From Dehalococcoidia bacterium (lineage in GTDB: Bacteria > Chloroflexota > Dehalococcoidia > Plut-88900): DNA of 64,000 nucleotides. The stretch lies in assembly GCA_965249275.1 (NCBI GenBank), contig CBDFLQ010000006.1:128001-192000 (forward strand). Reading direction: 5' to 3'. The position numbers were made by a program, and so were the translations under genes. The notes below the pieces were generated by a model. It saw only the letters and a list, made by a program, of their open reading frames with translations. It was not told the origin of the DNA and searched no databases. This document shows, piece after piece, positions 51,810 through 62,998 of the stretch. Every line of letters starts with the position of its first letter. The stretch's first letter is position 1.

Positions 51810-52531
51810 CGGCGCCCGCCAACCCTAAATACCGCCGCCTCCTCGTCAAGATCAGTGGCGAGGCCCTCGCCGGCAGTAAGGGTTTTGGCATCGATAACGC
51901 CACCGTCTCCCTCGTTGCGCGCCAGATAAAGGAAGCCAAGACCCCCGACTGCGAGATAGCTATGGTCGTCGGCGGCGGCAACATCTGGCGTGGCGCCGAC
52001 GCAGCAGCCAACGGCATGGATCGGGCTACTGCTGACTATGCAGGGATGCTCGCCACCGTCATAAACTCCCTCGTCATGCAGGACGCCCTCGAGAAAGAGG
52101 GGATTGTCACTCGGGTCCAGACCGCCCTGCCCATCCAGTCCGTCGCCGAACCCTACATTCGCCGACGCGCACTGCGGCACCTCGAAAAAGGCCGCGTTGT
52201 CATCTTCGCCGCAGGCACCGGCAACCCCTATCTCACGACCGACACCACCGCCGCCCTGCGCGCCGTCGAAATTTCCGCCGACGTCGTCCTGATGGCCAAG
52301 AACGGCGTCGATGGCGTTTACGAAGCAGACCCCAAGTCCCACCCCAATGCCAAAAAGCTCCCGACTCTCAAATACCTCGAAGCCCTCAACCTGCGCCTCG
52401 GCGTCATGGACAGCACCGCCCTCTCCCTCTGCCTCGACAACGACATTCCCATCATCGTCTTCAACTTCCAGGCCCCCGACTCCCTCAAACGCATCATCCG
52501 CGGCGAACACGTAGGCACCCTGATCTCCTAA
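51806..52531 (+). CDS. pyrH: UMP kinase
   Basis: [25 protein letters not shown]. Confidence 0.96.
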   Translation: MTAPANPKYRRLLVKISGEALAGSKGFGIDNATVSLVARQIKEAKTPDCEIAMVVGGGNIWRGADAAANGMDRATADYAGMLATVINSLVMQDALEKEGIVTRVQTALPIQSVAEPYIRRRALRHLEKGRVVIFAAGTGNPYLTTDTTAALRAVEISADVVLMAKNGVDGVYEADPKSHPNAKKLPTLKYLEALNLRLGVMDSTALSLCLDNDIPIIVFNFQAPDSLKRIIRGEHVGTLIS

Positions 52532-52712
52532 ACCGACCTCTTTTGTGTGTCATTCCGCGGCCCCGCGAGGAATCTAAGGCGCCTCTCTCACAACCCACGC
52601 CTGCCAGTGCGAGAAACGCTTATTGTGGGCGTCACTTTCCCACCCCTTGCCCCTTCCACCCCCACGCTATTAAACTTGCCCCCATCACCTCTCCGCCTGG
52701 AAGGCTATTGCT

Positions 52713-53276
52713 ATGCCAGAAACCGACAAATTGCTAGAAGACGCCGAACTTAAGATGGAGGACTCCGTCGATGCCATTGCAAGGAGCCTCGCCTCCATCA
52801 GAACAGGCAGGGCTAGCCCTGCCCTCATCGAGGGACTCCAGATCGACTATTACGGCACCTCCGTTACTCTCAACCAGCTCGCCTCCATCTCCGTCCCGGA
52901 GGCCAGACTCCTCATGGTACAACCTTGGGACAAGCGCTCCATCCCCGCAGTCGAGAAGTCCATCCTCAAGGCCGACCTCGGCCTCAACCCCTCCTCCGAC
53001 GGCGAGCTTATCCGAATCCCCATCCCGCCCCTCACCGACGAACGGCGCAGGGACCTCGCCAAGCTCGTCAACCGACGGGTCGAGGAGGGACGTGTCAGCG
53101 TCCGGACCGCCCGACGCGAATCGGTGGACCAGGCTCGGTCCCTGAAGAAGGCCAAGGAGATATCAGAGGACGAAGAGCGTCGCGCCACGGAACAGCTTCA
53201 AAAACTCACCAACTCCTTCGTCAAGAGGATCACCGACCTCGGCCAGGCCAAAGAGCAAGAGCTCATGGAAAGCTGA
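52713..53276 (+). CDS. frr: Ribosome recycling factor
   Basis: IRTGRASP, LGLNPSSDG, PPLTDERR. Confidence 0.96.
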   Translation: MPETDKLLEDAELKMEDSVDAIARSLASIRTGRASPALIEGLQIDYYGTSVTLNQLASISVPEARLLMVQPWDKRSIPAVEKSILKADLGLNPSSDGELIRIPIPPLTDERRRDLAKLVNRRVEEGRVSVRTARRESVDQARSLKKAKEISEDEERRATEQLQKLTNSFVKRITDLGQAKEQELMES

Positions 53277-53303
53277 TCCCCGCGTTCATTCACTGATGCT
53301 GTT

Positions 53304-54059
53304 TTGGAACAACCGGCTGTCCAACCCAAGCCCGTAGAGCAACCCGAGAGCGCGTCCGTGCTCCTCGGGCCTGTTCCCCGTCATGTGGCCGTAATCATGG
53401 ATGGCAACGGGAGATGGGCCCAGCGTCGCAACCTGCCTCGCCTCCAGGGACACAGCGCCGGTATCTCCAACATCCGCCCCGTCATTGACAGCTTCGCCGA
53501 ACACGGCGTCGAGTACCTCACCCTATACGCCTTCTCTACCGAAAACTGGACTCGCCCCCAAGAGGAGGTTGCAGGCCTCCTGGAGTTCCTCGCTGCCGCC
53601 ATCAAGGACGAGACCCAGTATTTCCACGAAAAGGGCGTCCGACTCGTTCACCTCGGCCGCATCGACCGCCTGGCACCGGACATCCAGGCAGCCATTCGCG
53701 AAGCCGTCGATCTCACCAAGGACAACCGCTACATCACCGTCTGTATCGCCTTCGACTACGGGGGCCGCGCCGAGATCCTTGGCGCCATACGCCAGATCGT
53801 CGAGGACGGCGTCGACCCTTCAACCATCGACGAAGACCTAATATCTGATTATCTCTACACCAGGGACATCCCAGACCCCGACCTCATTATCCGCACCGCC
53901 GGCGAAATGCGCCTCAGCAACTTCCTCATCTGGCAGTCCGCCTACAGCGAGTACTATTTCACCCCCAAAGCGTGGCCCGAGTTCGACCGGGAGGAGATCC
54001 GCAAATCTCTGCTAGCCTTTTCCCAAAGGCAAAGACGGTTCGGAGGCGTCAACTCCTGA
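53304..54059 (+). CDS. uppS: cis-prenyltransferase (undecaprenyl diphosphate synthase)
   Basis: HVAVIMDGNGRWA, FSTENW.RP, RTAGEMRLSNFLIWQ. Confidence 0.95.
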   Translation: MEQPAVQPKPVEQPESASVLLGPVPRHVAVIMDGNGRWAQRRNLPRLQGHSAGISNIRPVIDSFAEHGVEYLTLYAFSTENWTRPQEEVAGLLEFLAAAIKDETQYFHEKGVRLVHLGRIDRLAPDIQAAIREAVDLTKDNRYITVCIAFDYGGRAEILGAIRQIVEDGVDPSTIDEDLISDYLYTRDIPDPDLIIRTAGEMRLSNFLIWQSAYSEYYFTPKAWPEFDREEIRKSLLAFSQRQRRFGGVNS

Positions 54060-54096
54060 CCTTTCCTTCCCCTCTCCTTTCCCTCAATGAGACCTA

Positions 54097-54157
54097 TGCA
54101 TAACCCATGTTGGAGGGGCCGGGGCCGCTCGTGCTGAGGCCCTCGAAGTATGAGCGG
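54097..54157. repeat. About 60-bp intergenic palindromic repeat; near-identical copy at 58814-58875
   Basis: TGCATAACC..TGTTGGAGGGGCC(C)GGGGCCGCTCGTGCTGAGGC(C/T)CTCGAAGTATGAGCGG at both sites. Confidence 0.85.
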
Positions 54158-54262
54158 CGGAAGAGGTAGGCGCGATCTTGGTGGCACAACACCTACTATA
54201 TGCAGTTAACCGAAGGTTCCTCTTTAGGTGAAGGCCAGGACGAGGGTAAGATAGGCCAAGGC

Positions 54263-55075
54263 ATGAGCACCACCCCTCCCCGCACCTCAAACCTCCTCAC
54301 CCGCGTCATTACCGCAGTCTTCGCCCTGCCCATAATCTTCGCCGTCATCTGGTTCGGCGGCCCACTATTATCGATAGCTGTCGCCGCAATTGCCGTGGTC
54401 GGCGTTCTGGAGTTCTACACTCTCCTAGCCATGCGCTGGCGGTCGCCCGCAACCCTCATAGGCGTCTCCCTGACTGCTCTATTCTTGGTAGGCGTTGCAT
54501 TCTTCGCCCAGGTGGTCCTTCCAGTGCTTGCCGCCGCCACCGTAGTCCTCTGCCTTGGCGTGCTCTACCTGAAGCAGCGCCAGCAGTTGAAGTTCGTCAG
54601 CCCCGTGATGTGGGGTGGCTTGGGCGCCTTCCTCATAGCATGGCCCTTATGCCACTTCATCCTCCTCCGAGACCTCCCCGAAGGCCGATACTGGGTCTTC
54701 TATTCCCTCGCTACGGTATTCGCCGCCGACACCGGTGCATACTTCGTAGGCAAGGCCGTAGGCCGACACAAGCTCGCCCCCCGGATCAGCCCCAACAAGA
54801 CAATGGAGGGTGCGGGAGGCGGCATCGCCGCTGCGGTTGTCCTCGGCACACTAGCCCACGCCCTTATGGGTCTCCCCGGCGCCCTCGCCCCGATAATCGT
54901 CCTCTCCTCCATCGTTGCCTTGGTATCCATGTTAGGAGACCTCGCCGAGTCCTACCTCAAGCGACGAGTCGGGGCCAAGGAGTCTGGCAAGCTGCTCCCA
55001 GGACATGGCGGCGTGCTCGACAGGCTCGATAGCGTTGTCTTCACCGTGCCCCTTGTGTACTATTACGCCGCATGA
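54263..55075 (+). CDS. cdsA: Phosphatidate cytidylyltransferase
   Basis: DTGAYFVG, ISPNKTMEG, GDLAES..KR, PGHGGVLDRLDS. Confidence 0.94.
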   Translation: MSTTPPRTSNLLTRVITAVFALPIIFAVIWFGGPLLSIAVAAIAVVGVLEFYTLLAMRWRSPATLIGVSLTALFLVGVAFFAQVVLPVLAAATVVLCLGVLYLKQRQQLKFVSPVMWGGLGAFLIAWPLCHFILLRDLPEGRYWVFYSLATVFAADTGAYFVGKAVGRHKLAPRISPNKTMEGAGGGIAAAVVLGTLAHALMGLPGALAPIIVLSSIVALVSMLGDLAESYLKRRVGAKESGKLLPGHGGVLDRLDSVVFTVPLVYYYAA

Positions 55076-56199
55076 ATGACGGGCGTAAAGGTCTCGCAGT
55101 CGTGGGGTCCACCGGCTCCATTGGCACCCAAACTCTCGATGTGGTTCGCGCTTTTCCGGACCGCTTCAAGGTCGTCGGCCTCACCGCGGGCCGAAACACC
55201 GACCTGTTCAACCAGCAGGTCAAGGAGTTCTCCCCGCCCCTCGTCTGCTGCCAGAACCCCTCCCCCGAGACCCGCGCCCTCATGGGCCAAACCTCCCAAT
55301 GGGCCTCCCCAGAGGAAATCTCCTCCCACCCCGATGTCGACATCGTAGTGATGGCCACCTTCGGCCGCGTGGGCCTGGAGCCGACCCTTGCGGCCCTCCG
55401 CGCTGGCAAACGCGTCGTCCTCTCCAACAAGGAGGTCATCGTTTCCTCAGGCGAGCTCGTGGTCAAGGAAGCCAAGGCCTCGGGCGCCGAGATAATCCCC
55501 GTCGACAGCGAACCCAGTGCCATTTGGCAATGTCTCCAAGGCGAGGGAGAGGTCTCTCGTCTCGTCCTCACGGCCTCCGGCGGTCCCTTCCGACAGCGTC
55601 CTATCGATGAACTCCAGGACGTAACCCCGGAGGAAGCCCTCCGACACCCTACCTGGCGCATGGGCAACAAGATCACCATCGACTCCTCGACCCTGATGAA
55701 CAAGGGCTTCGAGGTCATCGAGTCTCACTGGCTCTTCGACATGCCCTACGAGAAAATTGAGGTCGTCGTCCACCCACAGAGCACCGTCCACTCCTTCGTC
55801 GAATACGCAGACGGCTCGGTCAAGGCCCAGATCGGCCCCACCGACATGCGGCTCCCCATCCAGTACGCCCTCTCCCATCCCGAACGCTGGCACAACGCCC
55901 ACACTCCCCGCATGGGGAACTTGGCCACCATGGAACTCACCTTCCAGGAGCTGGACACCGAGCGATACCCCTGCTTCACCCTGGCCGTCGAGGCGGGCAA
56001 GAAAGGCGGCACCTACCCCGCCGTCCTCAGCGCCGCTGATGAAGTTGCAGTCCAACTCTTCTTAAACCGCCGCATCGGCTTCAACGACATCTTCCATGTC
56101 GTCGAGAGAGTCCTGGATCGCCACGAGCCTGTGTTCGAACCCTCTTACGAAGACATCCTCACCGCCGACCGCTGGGCCCGGGACCTGGCCTCGGGTTAA
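55072..56199 (+). CDS. dxr: 1-deoxy-D-xylulose-5-phosphate reductoisomerase
   Basis: GSTGSIGTQTL, PVDSEPSA, LTASGGPF, HPTWRMG.KITIDS. Confidence 0.95.
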   Translation: MNDGRKGLAVVGSTGSIGTQTLDVVRAFPDRFKVVGLTAGRNTDLFNQQVKEFSPPLVCCQNPSPETRALMGQTSQWASPEEISSHPDVDIVVMATFGRVGLEPTLAALRAGKRVVLSNKEVIVSSGELVVKEAKASGAEIIPVDSEPSAIWQCLQGEGEVSRLVLTASGGPFRQRPIDELQDVTPEEALRHPTWRMGNKITIDSSTLMNKGFEVIESHWLFDMPYEKIEVVVHPQSTVHSFVEYADGSVKAQIGPTDMRLPIQYALSHPERWHNAHTPRMGNLATMELTFQELDTERYPCFTLAVEAGKKGGTYPAVLSAADEVAVQLFLNRRIGFNDIFHVVERVLDRHEPVFEPSYEDILTADRWARDLASG

Positions 56200-56211
56200 G
56201 GCCGTGGCCCT

Positions 56212-57327
56212 ATGACCACGGTCATCCTCTTCTTCGTAGTCATCAGCGCCCTGATCGTCATCCACGAATTTGGCCACTTCATCGCTGCGCGGCTTTTTGG
56301 AGTCCGGGTTGAAGAGTTCGCCCTGGGCTTCCCACCCCGCATAGCCTCCATCGTCCGCGGCGAGACCCGATACAGCCTGAACGCCATCCCCATCGGCGGT
56401 TACGTCAAGCTCACCGGCGAGGAAAGCCCCGAAGACCCAAGAAGCCTTGCAGGACGCAGCATCCCCGTCCGGGCCACCATCCTCACCGCCGGTATCTTCA
56501 TGAACCTAGCTCTCACCCTCGTCCTCTTCGCAGTCTTCTTCACCTTCCCGCCGGAGATAGTCGGCACAAATGTTATTGTCTCCCACGTCGAGTCCAACTC
56601 CCCTGCCCAGAACGCCGGTATGCTTCCCGGAGACGTCTTCCTCCGCAAAGACATCTCCCTGGACAGTTCAACCCTGCTCTTGGAACAAACCGCCGGCTCA
56701 GATCCGTATGGCGGCCAAACCATCGACTCCCTCCGGGATGTCATCGACTACACCGAGGCCAACCTGGGCAATGAAGTCACCTTCCTCCTCGCTCGAGGCA
56801 ACACGCCCGTAATCGTTCGACTCACGCCCCGCGCCTCCCCACCCCCTGAACAGGGACCAATGGGCATTGGCGTGGGAGTTTCTGGTGGAGAGGTTGTCAC
56901 GCGTTTTAGTCCCAGCTTCAGCGTCATCCCCGAGTCCTTCCGTCAGCTCTACCGCTTCGTCGTCACCCTCGGCTCGTCCATCGGCAACATCTTCACTTCC
57001 GCCGAGGGCCGGGAGGGAATCGCCGGGCCTATAGGCATCGCTCAAGTCACCGGGGAGGTCGCCAAGACCGGCATCCTCCCCTTTGTTGGCTTCGTCGCCA
57101 TCCTGAGTCTCAACCTCGCCATATTCAACCTCCTCCCCATACCCGCCCTCGACGGCGGACGCTTGCTCTTCGTCATGATCGAATGGGTGCGCGGGGGACG
57201 CCGGGTCCCGCCCCAGAAGGAGGCCCTGATTCACCTCATGGGCTTCATCGCCCTAATCAGCCTCATCGTCCTGATCAGCTTCAGCGACATCAACCGTCTA
57301 ATCCGCGGCGAACAATTCCTACCTTAA
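56212..57327 (+). CDS. rseP: RIP metalloprotease RseP (M50)
   Basis: HEFGH, PDZ domain, NLLPIPALDGG. Confidence 0.93.
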   Translation: MTTVILFFVVISALIVIHEFGHFIAARLFGVRVEEFALGFPPRIASIVRGETRYSLNAIPIGGYVKLTGEESPEDPRSLAGRSIPVRATILTAGIFMNLALTLVLFAVFFTFPPEIVGTNVIVSHVESNSPAQNAGMLPGDVFLRKDISLDSSTLLLEQTAGSDPYGGQTIDSLRDVIDYTEANLGNEVTFLLARGNTPVIVRLTPRASPPPEQGPMGIGVGVSGGEVVTRFSPSFSVIPESFRQLYRFVVTLGSSIGNIFTSAEGREGIAGPIGIAQVTGEVAKTGILPFVGFVAILSLNLAIFNLLPIPALDGGRLLFVMIEWVRGGRRVPPQKEALIHLMGFIALISLIVLISFSDINRLIRGEQFLP

Positions 57328-57541
57328 TCCCACACCCTCTAACCTGTCATTCCGATCCCTCCACCCTGTTATTGTCATTCCGAGGCTCCGCGAGGAATCT
57401 AACGGGCAAATCCATCGCTCACGTCCTTCATACCCCCTCACCTCGAACTACAGACGCAGTCCCGCCTATGGCCCATCCCCTCCCCCTTCCTGTTGTATAA
57501 TCAGCCCGTCGGCGGCCCCATAAGCAAACGGAGGTACCCTC

Positions 57542-58771
57542 ATGGTGAGATTCGGTTCCCAGCGCGACCTGCTCGGCCAGGAAATCGTAGACTTCGACGA
57601 GAGAGTCGATGTGGTTCGTCTCAAGAGGGAGCGCCTCGCCCGGCTCCAGGGCCAAATGGCCAAGGCCGACCTCGGCAGCATTCTCATATTCGACCCCGTC
57701 AACATCCGTTATGCCACAGGCCATCGCCATCCTGGCGTCTTCGGCATGAGGACCTTCGGTCAGTATGCCATCGTGCCCCAGGAAGGCGAACCCTGGGTCT
57801 CCGAGTACGCCGAAGACGGCTCCTGGGCCCTTGAAAAAGGCACCCTATTCGACTTCTTCCCCACCGGACAGTATGCAGAGGACGCCGCCCGGCTCTGGGG
57901 CGACCGGATAACTTCAAAGCTCAAGGAAATGGGCGTCCTTGGACAGCGTCTCGGTTTCGACAGGCTCGACTTCAACAGTATGGAGTCCCTCCGTAACCAC
58001 GAAATTCCCCTCGCTGACGCCCGCATCCCCTTCGAACGAGCCCGCTCCATCAAGACCGAGGACGAGGTCTCCCTCATCCGCCAGGCCTGCGCCGTCGCCG
58101 ATATCTCCATCTGCGCCGTCCGGGACGCCATCAAGCCCGGCGTTACGGAGCAGGAGCTCTTCGCCGTTATGACCTACACCAACCTCAAGCACGGCGGCGA
58201 GCACATGGACGCACGGCTCCTCTCCGCCGGTGGCAACACCAACCCCTGGGGCCAGGGTTCCACCGACCGAATTGTCCGCCCCGGCGACCTCGTGGGCTAC
58301 GACACCGACATGGCCGGGCCTATGGGCTACTTCGCCGACTTCTCCCGCACTTACCTTTGCGGCGACGGTCCGCCCAATGCCGAGCAGATGGAAGCCTACA
58401 AGCTCGGCTACAATTTTATCTACGAATCCCTGGAGCACTTCCAGGTCGGGGCCAACTTCCAGGAGATCGCCGAGAAGTGCCCCGAGTACCCCGAAGAGTA
58501 CAGGTTCCAGCGCTACCCCATGATCGCCCACGGCGACGGCATGTCCGACGAATGGCCCTGCATCTACTGGCCCGACCAGTCCTGGAGCGGTTTCGGCAAC
58601 GACGACGAGGTCCTCCAGGAGAACATGGTCCTCTCCCTCGAAGGTCTTGCCAGCAAGCGCGGCGCACGGGAAAGCGTCAAGCTAGAAGAGGAGATCCTCA
58701 TTACCAAGAACGGCCCCGAGGTCCTCTCCCACGCTCCCTACGACTCCCGGTTCGTAAGCCATCCCCGCTAG
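57542..58771 (+). CDS. M24 family metallo-enzyme, DddP (DMSP lyase)-like
   Basis: FDPVNIRYAT, TNPW.Q, DTDM.G..GY.ADFSRT, HGDGMSDEWP, VKLEEEILIT. Confidence 0.75.
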   Translation: MVRFGSQRDLLGQEIVDFDERVDVVRLKRERLARLQGQMAKADLGSILIFDPVNIRYATGHRHPGVFGMRTFGQYAIVPQEGEPWVSEYAEDGSWALEKGTLFDFFPTGQYAEDAARLWGDRITSKLKEMGVLGQRLGFDRLDFNSMESLRNHEIPLADARIPFERARSIKTEDEVSLIRQACAVADISICAVRDAIKPGVTEQELFAVMTYTNLKHGGEHMDARLLSAGGNTNPWGQGSTDRIVRPGDLVGYDTDMAGPMGYFADFSRTYLCGDGPPNAEQMEAYKLGYNFIYESLEHFQVGANFQEIAEKCPEYPEEYRFQRYPMIAHGDGMSDEWPCIYWPDQSWSGFGNDDEVLQENMVLSLEGLASKRGARESVKLEEEILITKNGPEVLSHAPYDSRFVSHPR

Positions 58772-58935
58772 TAGATACTTCCGCACAACCCAACTCTCTC
58801 TTGATGTGACCTCTGCATAACCAGTGTTGGAGGGGCCCGGGGCCGCTCGTGCTGAGGCTCTCGAAGTATGAGCGGGGGGTGGAGTTTGAGTGATCTGGAT
58901 GGCACTAAGGACTCTCTGATTGCAAGACAACGCAC

Positions 58936-59685
58936 ATGAGGCTTGAAGGAAAAGTAGCCCTCATATCCGGCGGAGCCCGAGGCATCGGTGGCGCTGTCGC
59001 CCGGCGATTCGTCTCCGAAGGGGCATCCGTAGTCATCGGCGACGTCCTTATCAAAGAAGGCCGACTCCTCGCCAACGAAATCCAGAAGTCTGGCGGTGAG
59101 ATAACCTTCTCCCCCCTCGACGTCACCTCCGAATCCTCCTGGGCCGATGCCGTCTCCCTCGCCATCGACCGCTACGGCAAGCTGGACATCCTTGTCAACA
59201 ACGCTGGCATCACCAAGCGTGACCGCATAGAGGACGAGACCCCCGAGAATTGGGACCGTATCATGGAGATAAATTCTAAGGGCGTGTTCCTCGGCACCAA
59301 GGCCGTCCTTGACGAGATGAAGCGCCACGGCAACGGCTCAATCGTCAATCTATCCTCGTCCTACGGCCTGGTCGCTAGCCCCAATTCCGCCATTTACGGT
59401 GCATCCAAAGCAGCCGTAAAACTCCTGACGAAGTTCACGGCCATACAGAACGCGACCTTGGGAATTCGGGCCAACTCCGTCCACCCGGGCCCGATCAACG
59501 CCCCCCTGATTCAGGAGTTTTTCGGCTTTCCCGAAAAATTGAAGATGCTGGCGTCACTCGTGCCCATGGGTAGGATCGGTGAGGCCGAGGAGGTCGCCAA
59601 CGCAATCCTCTTCCTCGCATCCGACGAATCTTCCTTCGTCACCGGCTCCGAGCTTGTCATCGATGGCGGCATCACCGCCCAATAG
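58936..59685 (+). CDS. Short-chain dehydrogenase/reductase (copy 1)
   Basis: [23 protein letters not shown]. Confidence 0.92.
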   Translation: MRLEGKVALISGGARGIGGAVARRFVSEGASVVIGDVLIKEGRLLANEIQKSGGEITFSPLDVTSESSWADAVSLAIDRYGKLDILVNNAGITKRDRIEDETPENWDRIMEINSKGVFLGTKAVLDEMKRHGNGSIVNLSSSYGLVASPNSAIYGASKAAVKLLTKFTAIQNATLGIRANSVHPGPINAPLIQEFFGFPEKLKMLASLVPMGRIGEAEEVANAILFLASDESSFVTGSELVIDGGITAQ

Positions 59686-59796
59686 CCCCGACCTAAAAGA
59701 ACACGAAATGTCATACAAAAGCCCAACCAGCCTCGTATCCGGAGATGACGTCTAAACAGGCGTAGGCAAATAGTTCTCACCTGTGGAGTAACCAAC

Positions 59797-60546
59797 ATGA
59801 GACTCGAAGGAAAAGTAGCCCTAATATCCGGCGGGGCCCGAGGCATAGGCGCTACCGTCGCCCGACGCTTCGCCTCCGAAGGTGCCTCCGTAGTCATCGG
59901 CGATGTATTGCTGGAAGACGGCCAACTCCTTGCCGACGAAATCCAGCAGTCCGGAGGTGAGATAGCCTTCACCCCTCTCGACGTCACTTCCGAGTCCGCG
60001 TGGAGCGAAGCTGTGGCCCTCGCCATCGCCCGCTACGGCAAGCTCGACATCCTCGTCAACAACGCTGGCATCATCAAGCGTGACCGCATAGAGGACGAGA
60101 CCCCCGAGGTTTGGGACCGCACCATGGAAGTCAACGCCAAGAGCGTATTCCTCGGCACCAAGGCCGTCCTCAACGAGATGAAGCGCCACGGCAACGGCTC
60201 CATCGTCAACCTCTCCTCCACTGCTGGCCTTGTAGCTGGGCCTGCCACCGCGGCCTATGGGGCATCAAAAGCCGCCGTGAAGCTCTTTACCAAGTCCACA
60301 GCAATACAGAACGCAAAGCTGGGCGTCCGGGCCAACTCGGTTCATCCAGGCCCTATCAACGCCCCTATGATGCAGGAGATCATAGACATTCCCGATAAGC
60401 ATGTGGAGAATAAGGCCCGGGTGCCTATGGGCAGGTTCGGAGAACCCGAGGAAGTCGCCAACGCCATCCTCTTCCTCGCCTCCGACGAGTCCTCCTTCGT
60501 CACCGGCTCGGAGCTGGTTGTCGACGGCGGCATTACCGCCCAGTAG
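59797..60546 (+). CDS. Short-chain dehydrogenase/reductase (copy 2)
   Basis: Same length (249 aa) and motifs as 58936..59685. Confidence 0.92.
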   Translation: MRLEGKVALISGGARGIGATVARRFASEGASVVIGDVLLEDGQLLADEIQQSGGEIAFTPLDVTSESAWSEAVALAIARYGKLDILVNNAGIIKRDRIEDETPEVWDRTMEVNAKSVFLGTKAVLNEMKRHGNGSIVNLSSTAGLVAGPATAAYGASKAAVKLFTKSTAIQNAKLGVRANSVHPGPINAPMMQEIIDIPDKHVENKARVPMGRFGEPEEVANAILFLASDESSFVTGSELVVDGGITAQ

Positions 60547-60569
60547 CCCTGACTGGTTATACTATTAAC

Positions 60570-61793
60570 ATGTCCAATCGACGCCCGACCAAGCTAGTAT
60601 CCGTAGGTGGCGTTCCGATAGGTGGCGGTAACCCAATCGTCGTCCAGTCGATGACCGACACCGACACTGCCGATGTCGACGCCACTGTCTCCCAGGTTAA
60701 GCTCCTGTCCGACGCTGGCAGCGAGCTAGTACGCGTCACCGTCAACAATGATGCTGCTGCCGCCGCTGTGCCCCGAATCCGCGAGCGCCTGGACGATATC
60801 GGCTGCCACGTTCCCATAATCGGCGACTTCCACTTCATCGGCCACCGGCTCCTCCGCAACCAACCTGACTGCGCCCGCACCCTTGCCAAGTTCAGGATCA
60901 ACCCCGGCAACGTGGGGCGCGGCCTTCGCCACGACGATAACTTCAGGACCTTCATCGAAATCGCCCGAGACCTCGATAAGCCCGTCCGCATCGGTGTCAA
61001 CGCCGGCAGCCTGGATCCCGACCTCCTAGCCAAGAAGATGGACGACAACTCCCGCAGGCCCGACCCCGTCTCGGGTGATGCAGTCGAGCGCGAGGCTCTG
61101 GTCGAAAGCGCCATATCCAGCGCCGAGGCCGCCGTCGATCTTGGCCTCCCTGAAGACCACATCATAATCTCCTGCAAAGTCTCCCGCCTCAACCAGATGG
61201 TCGAGGCCTACCGGGAGATCTCCCGTAAGTGCGACTTCCCCCTTCACCTCGGCCTCACCGAGGCGGGAATGGGCACAAAGGGTATCGTTGCCACAACCTC
61301 CGCCCTCTCCATCCTCCTCTACGAGGGCATCGGTGATACCATCCGCTCCAGCCTCACCCCCGAGCCCGACGGCGACAGGTCTCGAGAAGTGCGCCTCTGC
61401 CAGGAGGTCCTCCAGGCCCTGAATCTCCGCTCATTCCGGCCTGCCGTTACCGCTTGTCCCGGCTGTGGCCGCACCACCTCCACCCTCTTCCGTGAGCTGG
61501 CCCGTGATATTCAGCAGCACCTGGACGACAAGATGCCCGCGTGGAAGTCCCGCTACGCCGGCGCCGAGACCCTCAAGGTCGCCGTCATGGGATGCGTGGT
61601 CAATGGCCCGGGAGAGTCCCGCGTCGCAGATATCGGCATATCTCTCCCAGGCACCGGTGAGACTCCCCGCGCCCCCGTATTCGTCGACGGAAAACGCCAG
61701 AAGTTCCTCGAAGGCCCCACCATCGCCGACGACTTCGTCCAAATGGTCGAAAACTACGTCGAAACCCGCTGGGGCCCCAACTCCCTCAACTAA
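60570..61793 (+). CDS. ispG: HMBPP synthase IspG
   Basis: [45 protein letters not shown]. Confidence 0.95.
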   Translation: MSNRRPTKLVSVGGVPIGGGNPIVVQSMTDTDTADVDATVSQVKLLSDAGSELVRVTVNNDAAAAAVPRIRERLDDIGCHVPIIGDFHFIGHRLLRNQPDCARTLAKFRINPGNVGRGLRHDDNFRTFIEIARDLDKPVRIGVNAGSLDPDLLAKKMDDNSRRPDPVSGDAVEREALVESAISSAEAAVDLGLPEDHIIISCKVSRLNQMVEAYREISRKCDFPLHLGLTEAGMGTKGIVATTSALSILLYEGIGDTIRSSLTPEPDGDRSREVRLCQEVLQALNLRSFRPAVTACPGCGRTTSTLFRELARDIQQHLDDKMPAWKSRYAGAETLKVAVMGCVVNGPGESRVADIGISLPGTGETPRAPVFVDGKRQKFLEGPTIADDFVQMVENYVETRWGPNSLN

Positions 61794-61816
61794 CCCCCTC
61801 CCCACACCCAGCCAAG

Positions 61817-62008
61817 ATGACTGACCACTACACATATCAAGTCATGTGGTCGCAGGAGGATGCTTCCCACATTGGGCTTTGCACCGAATTTCCCTCGCTA
61901 AGTTGGATAGCCCCCACGCCCGGCCAAGCCTTCTCCGGAATTCGAAGTCTTATCAATGACATCCTCGCGGACACGGAGAAACTCGGAGAATCCCCGCGCG
62001 CCCGTTAG
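61817..62008 (+). CDS. HicB-like protein, short or truncated
   Basis: HYTYQVMWSQED..HIGLCTEFPSLSW.A.TP resembles a HicB N-domain. No C-terminal DNA-binding part and no hicA. Confidence 0.6.
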   Translation: MTDHYTYQVMWSQEDASHIGLCTEFPSLSWIAPTPGQAFSGIRSLINDILADTEKLGESPRAR

Positions 62009-62099
62009 CCAGATCGATTCTATAGCAGCGCAGGTTATATCACCTGTCATACCGAGGCCCCGCGAAGAATCTAAAGCATCCTTCTCCCCAATCAACCCT

Positions 62100-62798
62100 C
62101 TAATGCAGGCCTCGGCCTCTCCCGCTCTCCCCTTCCTCCTCCAAGATCCCCTTCACCACATCGGGAAAGTCCGACACCACCCCATCCACCCCCAACCCCA
62201 ATAACGTACTTACTCCCTTCGAGTCCTCCACCCCCCACCCAAACACCATCCTCCCTGACGCCTGTACTCTATCCACCAATTCTCGCGTTATGTGAAGCAC
62301 ACGCACCCCGACAACCTCACACCCAAGTGTTGCTAACACCACCTCGGGGTTCTCAGGCGGAGAATCCACTATCAACCCCAGCCGGATCCCTGACTTGACA
62401 TCTCGCACCCTCATCAAAAGCTCCGCATCAAAGGAGCATATCCCAACTTTTCCCTCCCCATCAAAAGCTTGAATCACCTCTATAATGCATCCCAATGACC
62501 GCACTTCCTTGAACTCCAGCACAACACCCACCCTCCCCCGACACAAATCCAGCGCCTCCTCCAAAGTCGGCGCCCGACACCCGTCCCCCACATCCAGCCC
62601 CATTACTTCACCCAGTGCCATTTCCCGAATGACCCGTCCCCCAATAATCGGATCGTGAGCCAACACAAAACCCCCGTCCCGAGTCTCCTGAACGTCCACC
62701 TCAACCGCGTCCACCCCGAGATTTATCGCCGCCCCTATCGCCTCCAGCGTGTTCCCCGGCCAATCCCTCGTATACCCCCGATGCGCAATGTTCAACAT
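62100..62798 (-). CDS. Glycerophosphodiester phosphodiesterase family
   Basis: IAHRG, NTLEA, EVDVQETRDG..VLAHD, GVDGVVSDFP. Confidence 0.9.
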   Translation of the reverse strand: MLNIAHRGYTRDWPGNTLEAIGAAINLGVDAVEVDVQETRDGGFVLAHDPIIGGRVIREMALGEVMGLDVGDGCRAPTLEEALDLCRGRVGVVLEFKEVRSLGCIIEVIQAFDGEGKVGICSFDAELLMRVRDVKSGIRLGLIVDSPPENPEVVLATLGCEVVGVRVLHITRELVDRVQASGRMVFGWGVEDSKGVSTLLGLGVDGVVSDFPDVVKGILEEEGESGRGRGLH

Positions 62799-62998
62799 CC
62801 CTCTTCCATCTCTCTAAAGTTAGTCACCCTTGCCTATGCGGGCGGGGAGCGTCCGAATTCCGTTCGGCCTGAGCAGAGTCGAAGGGTCTCAAGAACGGAA
62901 TTCGGGCGCTGGTGCCGGGCATCCCTGCCACTCACTCCCACCCCTCCCAATGCTACAATCTACACCTATCCCGCAACGCGGCAAATCAGGAGCCATTC

